From Methanobacteriota archaeon (GTDB taxonomy: Archaea; Thermoplasmatota; Poseidoniia; Poseidoniales; Poseidoniaceae), in assembly GCA_018650165.1 (NCBI GenBank), contig JABIGM010000059.1:1-13082 (forward strand): a stretch of DNA of 13,082 nt, in the 5' to 3' direction. Shown piece after piece: positions 7,397-13,082 of the stretch (its first letter is position 1; every line of letters begins with the position of its first letter). Made by a program: the position numbers and the translations under genes. Under the pieces are notes generated by a model. The model made no database searches and was not told the DNA's origin. It saw only the letters and a list, made by a program, of their open reading frames with translations.

Positions 7397-8424
7397 TCTG
7401 ATTCCTCCGTTCTAAGTGCCCATTCGATTATTCGTTCTTTAGCAGAAAATGGCCCAAGGTAGTCCAGTCCTAATCCATTAATTGCTGCTGCAACTAGTTC
7501 CGCCTCATCAGTACAGCCTTCATTCGCATACCATTTTCCAGATTCAATCATTGCAGACAGTGGAACTAAGCCAACTAGTTCAGAACCACATGTATCTACT
7601 CCATGGTCTTTTACGATAGATCTAACTGCTTCAAATGCTATATGCATTGGAGTAATTGAAACATCGCGCAAGTTCATTGAAACTTGGGAGATACCATGGG
7701 CTTCTAGTGGCAATCCCATACCTTGCACCATTGGTAACATACCTGGGATTCTAGTCTTGCGGCCATCATCCTTCTTCAGTAGTCGACCAGTAGAGCGAAC
7801 CAACGAACCTGCAATCTTTGAGGCACTCGCATCAGTTTCATCGACATTCACATTGTATGCAACGAGTATCTGTCTTGCACCGATAACCACCGCACCAAAA
7901 CGAGCAGTGTTTTCATTCCAGTCAAGAGGACCGAAATCTGGGAGATGGGGTCCGCCATCCGATAATCTACCTTCTAGACTCTCATATTGTCCTCTTCGTA
8001 AATCTGACAATAATTCACGTTCAGGGTTTGTTGCTGCTGCTCCATATAAGAATGTGCAAAGTCCCAGTTCATCCGACACGCGTATTGCTAGTTCTCGTGA
8101 AAGGTTGGCACAATCAGTCATTGTAACGCCTTCTAGAGGTACAAAGGGACACACATCAACTGCGCCAATACGAGGGTGTTCACCTTGATGAGTGCGCATA
8201 TCTATATTTTCAAATGCGGCCTTAATAACACGGAATGCAGCCTCGGAAACTGCTTCAGGCTCACCGGCAATAGTCAGAACTGTTCTGTTGTAATCAGCAT
8301 CGGGTTCGATTCCAAGAACCCTTGCCCCGCTTATCCCTCGACCAGCATCGCTTATGGCCTGAATAATGCGTTTGTCGCTCCCTTCGGAGAAGTTTGGGAC
8401 ACATTCAACAATTCGCTTCGCCAT
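7393..8424 (-). CDS. ftcD: Glutamate formimidoyltransferase (FTCD N-terminal domain)
   Basis: IVECVPNFSEG, DYNRTV, IDMRTHQGEHPRIGAVDVCPFVP, GARQILVAYNVN, QVSMNL and SELVGLVPL. Confidence 0.95.
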   Translation of the reverse strand: MAKRIVECVPNFSEGSDKRIIQAISDAGRGISGARVLGIEPDADYNRTVLTIAGEPEAVSEAAFRVIKAAFENIDMRTHQGEHPRIGAVDVCPFVPLEGVTMTDCANLSRELAIRVSDELGLCTFLYGAAATNPERELLSDLRRGQYESLEGRLSDGGPHLPDFGPLDWNENTARFGAVVIGARQILVAYNVNVDETDASASKIAGSLVRSTGRLLKKDDGRKTRIPGMLPMVQGMGLPLEAHGISQVSMNLRDVSITPMHIAFEAVRSIVKDHGVDTCGSELVGLVPLSAMIESGKWYANEGCTDEAELVAAAINGLGLDYLGPFSAKERIIEWALRTEESE

Positions 8425-8467
8425 AATGAAGAATCATAATCGACGACTGATGAACATTCCCAATGAA

Positions 8468-9688
8468 TCAACCGTATAGCGCATCAGGACTAGAAGTAAT
8501 TCCTGTTGTTTCTCTTTTTGCTTTTATTCTATCAACTGCAAGCAGTATGTCATCTTGTTTTACTTTTGAGCGCCCTTCTCTAATTGCAATCATTCCCGAT
8601 TCCACAGTAGTTGCTTTGAGTTCGGCACCACTGAAACCTTCCGTCAATTCTACTAACTTAGAAACATTAATTCGTGATTTTGACATCTTAGTCAAGTGTA
8701 TTGAAAGAATCGTTTTTCGACCGTCACTATCAGGCAACGGGATTTCAATAACACGATCAAAACGACCAGGCCTAAGTAAAGCATCGTCCAGAATATCTGG
8801 ACGGTTAGTTGCAGCAATTATTTTGACATCTTCGAGAGCATCGAAACCATCCAACTCAGCTAATAATTGCATAAGTGTGCGCTGGACTTCCCGGTCACCA
8901 CTAGTTGCTGAGTCTAGTCTCTTAGCCCCTATTGCATCAATTTCATCTAAGAAAATAATTGCTGGGGCTTTATCCTTCGCAAGAGAGAAGAGTTCTCTGA
9001 CCATTCTTCCGCCTTCACCAATATATTTCTGTGCGAGTTCTGACCCAACCATTCGAATAAATGTGGCATTGGTTTGACTGGCTACTGCCTTTGCAAGCAT
9101 TGTTTTGCCACAACCCGGTGGGCCAACTAAGAGAATACCCTTAGGGGGGTCAATACCAACTTTACGAAATAGTTCAGGTTTTTCCAAAGGTAGTTCAATC
9201 GCTTCACGCACCTGTAATACTTGTTCATCAAGCCCACCTACATGTTCGTAGGTTGTAGTCGGTCTTTCAATCATCTCTGCACCCGAAACCATTGGATCCC
9301 ATGCATCGTGCAAGATTTCGATAATTGATAGTGTATCTTGGTTAAGTGCTATGCGAGTCCCTGGTTTGAGTTTAGATTTGTCAAGGCGTTGGTTGATAGA
9401 AACCTGAAACACGGTCCCATTAGATGAACGAACAATCGCACGCTCATCATCAAGAATATCCTGCAAATGCCCGATAATGAGAGGTGGGCTTTTCAAAATC
9501 CTAACTTCTTCATCTAATCGACTTGCACGTTTTTTGATATTAGCTAGGTCGTTTTCTAGGTGTACGCGCTCCGATAAAAGTCTCTGAGCTTCATCCTGTA
9601 ACTTTTTGAAATCCTGCTCGAGAGACTTCAAATCAGTATCGTCACTGCTTAAGGGCTCTGAATTGCCGCTATCAACTTCGGTGCCCAT
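8468..9688 (-). CDS. pan: Proteasome-activating nucleotidase (AAA+ ATPase)
   Basis: N-terminal coiled coil and OB fold, Walker A GPPGCGKT, pore loop KYIGEG, Walker B IIFLDEID, REVQRTLMQLLAELDGFD, ALLRPGRFDR, and C-terminal HbYX motif LYG. The start is placed at ATG 9688 because the track's extension overlaps the mbf1 promoter and gene. Confidence 0.96.
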   Translation of the reverse strand: MGTEVDSGNSEPLSSDDTDLKSLEQDFKKLQDEAQRLLSERVHLENDLANIKKRASRLDEEVRILKSPPLIIGHLQDILDDERAIVRSSNGTVFQVSINQRLDKSKLKPGTRIALNQDTLSIIEILHDAWDPMVSGAEMIERPTTTYEHVGGLDEQVLQVREAIELPLEKPELFRKVGIDPPKGILLVGPPGCGKTMLAKAVASQTNATFIRMVGSELAQKYIGEGGRMVRELFSLAKDKAPAIIFLDEIDAIGAKRLDSATSGDREVQRTLMQLLAELDGFDALEDVKIIAATNRPDILDDALLRPGRFDRVIEIPLPDSDGRKTILSIHLTKMSKSRINVSKLVELTEGFSGAELKATTVESGMIAIREGRSKVKQDDILLAVDRIKAKRETTGITSSPDALYG

Positions 9689-9798
9689 AGTGTAAGTCCA
9701 ATCGCCGTCCTTCTTGAAATGTCCGTTTATTATGCATCTGCACCGTACAATACGAAGCCTTGATGAAGCACCGCCATGACATCGGGGTGGGTGGAGAT

Positions 9799-10299
9799 GT
9801 GGCTGACTGCGAACTGTGCGGGGCAATGAAGGTTGGAACTCGAAATGTGACCATGGGTAAGGCCCAAGTTCAGGCGTGCAAAAAATGCTCTGACAAAATG
9901 GGTCTTGAGCCTAAAAAGGTCGCACCGGGGCTATCTCAGGCGCGTGCCGGAACTGCTACTACATCTGCTGGATATGGTGGACTTGGACGAAAGGGAAAGG
10001 ACATTATCATTCGTGGTGAAAAAGAACTGGCTTCAGATTTTTCACGCAGAGTAGCGGCGGCTCGGACCCAAAAGGGTTGGGATAAGCGCGAATTGGCACG
10101 CCGTATGGCCGAGAAGATCAATGTGATCAATAATGTTGAATCTGGCAAGAGGCCTACCGATGCCGTCATTAAAAAATTAGAGAGAACACTCGATATTGTC
10201 CTGATGGTCGAAGTATCACCTGATGAAAACCGACATGTAAATGCGGGTGATGGTAGAGGTTTGACAATCGGTGATTTCCTTCGTGAAAATAAGGAATGA
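9799..10299 (+). CDS. mbf1: Archaeal multiprotein bridging factor 1 (Zn ribbon + Xre HTH)
   Basis: CELCG...CKKC Zn ribbon, ARTQKGWDKRELARRMAEKINVINNVESGKRPT HTH, and C-terminal LTIGD motif. GTG 9799 is preceded by GGTGGAG. Confidence 0.9.
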   Translation: MADCELCGAMKVGTRNVTMGKAQVQACKKCSDKMGLEPKKVAPGLSQARAGTATTSAGYGGLGRKGKDIIIRGEKELASDFSRRVAAARTQKGWDKRELARRMAEKINVINNVESGKRPTDAVIKKLERTLDIVLMVEVSPDENRHVNAGDGRGLTIGDFLRENKE

Positions 10300-10303
10300 T
10301 AAC

Positions 10304-10849
10304 ATGTCAAAAGAAGTCCCGATTCATGCCATTTGGCTTGCACAGGATGACCCGAAAAAAAATACTGCAGTGCGTCTATCTCGTCGTGGCGACCTTAGGT
10401 TACATGAACGGTTCAATCAGTTGCCTCGAAGAGGCATAATCTTGGAGCCTTTATGTGGAAAGGTATTGGGTCCAGAAGATCACTCATTACTCCTTGAAGA
10501 AGGCGGGGCCTTGGTAGGGCTAGATTGTTCGTGGGCACAAATAGAAGATTCTGTCTCTCAGGTTATGAAGAAAACTAAACTGAAAGGAAGAATGCTACCT
10601 CTATTACTTGCAGCCAACCCTGTAAATTGGGGCAAGCCAGGGAAAATGTGTACTGCAGAAGCCCTTGCAGCATCGCTATACCTTATCGGGCGGGAAGAAC
10701 ATGCAAGAAAACTCCTAGGTGCATTTCGATGGGGCGAACAGTTTTTCATCCTAAATAAAGAACCACTGGAGGCTTACCGCGGAGCAAAATCGTCGTCTGA
10801 ACTCGTTGACTTACAATTCGAGTTTTTCGATATTGATATCCCAGAGTAA
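10304..10849 (+). CDS. tsr3: 16S rRNA aminocarboxypropyltransferase Tsr3 (DUF367)
   Basis: QDDPKKNTAVRL, GLDCSW, RMLPLLLAANPVNWGKP, AEALAASL and FRWGEQF. The start is ATG 10304, 4 nt after the mbf1 stop. Confidence 0.92.
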   Translation: MSKEVPIHAIWLAQDDPKKNTAVRLSRRGDLRLHERFNQLPRRGIILEPLCGKVLGPEDHSLLLEEGGALVGLDCSWAQIEDSVSQVMKKTKLKGRMLPLLLAANPVNWGKPGKMCTAEALAASLYLIGREEHARKLLGAFRWGEQFFILNKEPLEAYRGAKSSSELVDLQFEFFDIDIPE

Positions 10850-10889
10850 TTTTGATTCTGGAGTGTCGTCGCACAAGGACCTTAATCTA

Positions 10890-11618
10890 TCATTTCAATC
10901 GAAATGAGTGTAACCTATCATAGAACACCTGACATTCATCATGGTACACCTGATATTCGGGGGATAATTCTCCAATCCGGGACCTATATTGTGCGAAACC
11001 GGTTGATTCCCATACTGAATCATACCAATATTTAGCCCAAATCCCATCACATTCTCTTGGACCTGCCTGCCAAGAGAGCATTGATTTATCAAATGGAATC
11101 TCCAACACATCACACAACTTGGAAAGCATTCCCTCTGGATTCTTCAGTATGTCTCCAGAGTCAATAATCGTTGGAATCTCCCCCGTTGTTTCAAGAAGAT
11201 GGTCAAAAAGGCGGTTTTGCTGCGGAAGACCTGTTGCCATAACATCGATTTGATCTGTCTTCTTGGACATCGAAAGTAGCACTTCCCGAGGGTCGCGAAT
11301 GAGAAGACAATTAGTGAGTTTAGAAACCCAATCAAGACCAATGTGGGGCAGAAGGTGGTGCGTCATATGCTTCTGATACCAGATTTCAGAACGATTCGGT
11401 ATGTCTCCACAAACGAAATCCACCACCTTTTTCCAATCAGTCTCACCACTAGCCACCACATTCTGCGCCCCAGGGTGGGTGACTCCGGTTCTGGCTAGAT
11501 AATGAGCGTACAATGGTTCATCGCTGCAATAAGAATCCGGTCGGTTATCAAATGAATACATCATAGCAGTGGAGATATTACGTGGCCCTGACCACATTGC
11601 AATCCTAGTTTCAGACAT
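10890..11618 (-). CDS. Sulfotransferase-like P-loop protein (family usually found beside or fused to aminotransferase class IV)
   Basis: MWSGPRNISTAMM (5'-phosphosulfate-binding-loop-like), LLIRDPREVLLS (3'-phosphate-binding-like), YQKHMTHH and DGIWAKYWYDSVWESTGF. Its ATG overlaps the upstream gene by 8 nt. Confidence 0.8.
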   Translation of the reverse strand: MSETRIAMWSGPRNISTAMMYSFDNRPDSYCSDEPLYAHYLARTGVTHPGAQNVVASGETDWKKVVDFVCGDIPNRSEIWYQKHMTHHLLPHIGLDWVSKLTNCLLIRDPREVLLSMSKKTDQIDVMATGLPQQNRLFDHLLETTGEIPTIIDSGDILKNPEGMLSKLCDVLEIPFDKSMLSWQAGPRECDGIWAKYWYDSVWESTGFAQYRSRIGELSPEYQVYHDECQVFYDRLHSFRLK

Positions 11619-12519
11619 GGCATTCACTACTGATTAATTCCAGATACAATGTTTGTAGTCGTTCAACAATTGGACCTCTTCTTCCATTCCCCATTGGTCG
11701 TCCATCATATTCGATAACAGGAGTCAATCCAGCAAATGTTCCAGTGACGAATGCTTCATCTGCATCAGCCACATCAGCTGGAACAAAATTCTTCTCGGAA
11801 CATGGAATTCCATTGCCATGACAGAGATCTATTATTTTCTGTCGAGTGATACCTTCAAGGCAGAATTCGCCAGTCGAAGTCCATACTTCTCCATCCTTAA
11901 CTATGAAGAAATGAGTTGAGTTACAAGTGCTTACAAATCCATTCGGATCTAACATCAAGCCTTCCTCCCCTCCCTTATTTGCTGCATCAATACAGGCTGC
12001 AATGCAATTGTGTTTGGATAAACTATTGATTCGTGGGTCCTGTACATTATGGGGCCCACGAATCACATCTACAGTAACCAAAGAGATACCATTGATGCTG
12101 CGTTCAACATTGGCCTTTTTGTGTTCTGGAATGATAACTATCGTAGGGTCACTGGAAATGACCCAAGGCGCCTGGTATGGCGTGGGTTTCAACCCTCGTG
12201 TGATTATTAGGCGAATGTGAACCTGGTCATGCATTTCATTGGCCTTGATCACCCTTTGAATCTCTGAAATAATCTCTTCGCGCCCGTAAGGAATCTCAAG
12301 TGAAATTATTTCAGCACCACGGAATAGACGGTCGATATGGTCATCTATGAACACTAAAACATCATCGTGCAGTCGAAAAGCTTCCCACACACCATCTCCT
12401 AGAAGGAACCCCGCATCAAGCACGGACACCTTCGCATCTGGGCGTCGAAACAATTCACCGTTAATCGATATCCAGACATCCTCATTGCGCGGATCCTGTT
12501 GGTACTCGTGTGTCCCCAT
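11611..12519 (-). CDS. Fold-type IV PLP-dependent enzyme (BCAT/D-AAT/ADC-lyase superfamily) with non-canonical active site
   Basis: AKVSVLDAGFLLGDGVWE, HIDRL, IRLIITRG, CLEGITRQ and DEAFVTGTFAGLTPV. AGGTGG RBS at 12529-12524. I did not label it ilvE because the catalytic Lys position holds Asn. Confidence 0.88.
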   Translation of the reverse strand: MGTHEYQQDPRNEDVWISINGELFRRPDAKVSVLDAGFLLGDGVWEAFRLHDDVLVFIDDHIDRLFRGAEIISLEIPYGREEIISEIQRVIKANEMHDQVHIRLIITRGLKPTPYQAPWVISSDPTIVIIPEHKKANVERSINGISLVTVDVIRGPHNVQDPRINSLSKHNCIAACIDAANKGGEEGLMLDPNGFVSTCNSTHFFIVKDGEVWTSTGEFCLEGITRQKIIDLCHGNGIPCSEKNFVPADVADADEAFVTGTFAGLTPVIEYDGRPMGNGRRGPIVERLQTLYLELISSECHV

Positions 12520-12584
12520 TGAACCACCTAGGATTTATTCTTATCAATAATTTGTGGCATTCAACAATTCACTAAATTCGATTA

Positions 12585-12694
12585 GATACATGCGATACCC
12601 TCTGTATCGGCGGGTGTTGGAAGGGTAGTCACTGCGTCAGCCCTCAGTGCAACTTGCGAATGCTGCCATTATCCCCCTGAATACTTTGCAAGTT
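12585..12694. other. Candidate structured non-coding element (unassigned)
   Basis: GC-rich core (51/90 at 12591-12680) between AT-rich flanks (13/50 at 12541-12590), with several short inverted repeats. It matches no RNA family that I recognise. Confidence 0.3.
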
Positions 12695-12728
12695 CATAGT
12701 AAATCGATTCCTATTCCCCATTCAATTA

Positions 12729-13082
12729 TTATTTTTTGTCGGGACAAATCGATTTGAAATCACACCAAGAGCAATGAAATCCTGGATTCGAATCTGTATC
12801 TCCAGAAATTAAATTTGATAGTGGGCCCAATAAATTAGATAATTCTCTTTGAACTATTGTTGGATTAATCTTTATTGTAACTCTTTCATTAATCCTTACA
12901 AAATCATAAGCAACATAATCTGGTAAAGTTCCATGTATTTGGCTCCAAGCATGAGCATACAAAATAAGTTGAGCATTACTTGGGCTTGAACCGGGTTTAC
13001 TAGCTTTCTTTGATGTCTTGAAATCAACTAATGTTATACTGCCTGTATTATCCCTTTCAACACGATCGATTTTCCCAGTGAA
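12729..13082 (-). CDS. PD-(D/E)XK nuclease (RecB/AddB/Cas4-like), 3' part only (gene begins beyond the window)
   Basis: The frame is open to the window edge: FTGKIDRVERDNTGSITLVDFKTSK...QLILY (IDR, DxK and QxxxY motifs), with C-terminal CSWCDFKSIC. Confidence 0.88.
   Translation of the reverse strand, partial: FTGKIDRVERDNTGSITLVDFKTSKKASKPGSSPSNAQLILYAHAWSQIHGTLPDYVAYDFVRINERVTIKINPTIVQRELSNLLGPLSNLISGDTDSNPGFHCSWCDFKSICPDKK

Noticed and set aside
6732-7415. 227-aa antisense ORF over the cyclodeaminase (also 6019-6540 and 7757-8188)
   Set aside because: These lie entirely opposite well-supported genes, have no motifs, and are typical antisense shadows.
8302-8313. GGGTTCGATTCC, resembling a tRNA T-arm or att site (also GGATTCGAATCT near 12784)
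   Set aside because: Both lie inside intact CDSs, the stem does not extend, there is no cloverleaf, and no integrase is nearby.
9689-9826. 46-aa N-terminal extension of pan, and the mbf1 extension to 9760
   Set aside because: The extensions would overlap each other and fill the promoter spacer. Domain starts and the RBS support 9688 and 9799.
10304-10849. Tsr3 motif variants (DDPKKNT vs the usual CDPKKCS; NWG vs NYG)
   Set aside because: The substitutions are plausible lineage variation, the other core motifs are intact, and there is no evidence of altered function.
12544-12669. Minus-strand MAAFASCTEG*RSDYPSNTRRYRGYRMYLIEFSELLNATNY with GGGGGA upstream; possible Sec readthrough or leader peptide
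   Set aside because: It is not a CxxU motif, I recognise no SECIS or family similarity, and Sec is not known to me in this lineage. The 10-aa uORF remains possible but is unsupported.
12585-12694. Assignment of the element to TPP, SAM-I/II/V, fluoride, glycine, SRP, RNase P, 5S or C/D-box RNA
   Set aside because: Only short fragments resemble these (e.g. GGATAATGGCAGC, GGAAGGG), and the order and core nucleotides do not match.
12729-13082. CRISPR-Cas locus suggested by the Cas4-like nuclease
   Set aside because: There is no repeat-spacer array or other cas gene in the window.

Overview
Compact archaeal housekeeping region. The most likely source is a marine Thermoplasmatota, Marine Group II / Ca. 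Poseidoniales-like; this is an inference from gene content and GGTGA/GGAGG ribosome-binding sites, not a database match. Gene order: 3' end of priS; a three-gene unit of unknown function (Pro-rich acidic protein, degenerate RDD membrane protein with basic tails, membrane-anchored alpha/beta hydrolase); CNNM/CBS protein; metG; cyclodeaminase and glutamate formimidoyltransferase (split FTCD); pan; mbf1; tsr3; sulfotransferase-like protein; fold-type IV PLP enzyme; and the 3' end of a PD-(D/E)XK nuclease. I found no rRNA, tRNA, CRISPR array or mobile element. The best leads are: (1) a translationally coupled sulfotransferase-like + aminotransferase-IV-like pair in which the PLP enzyme lacks the canonical Schiff-base Lys and pyridine-binding Glu; (2) a strong in-frame internal ribosome-binding site + ATG in metG at the start of the C-terminal tRNA-binding domain; (3) a GC-rich, multi-stem, possibly pseudoknotted intergenic element at about 12585-12694; (4) the uncharacterised Pro-rich/RDD/hydrolase unit. 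All family calls come from motif recognition by eye, and several starts were moved from the ORF track on the basis of RBS position and domain boundaries.
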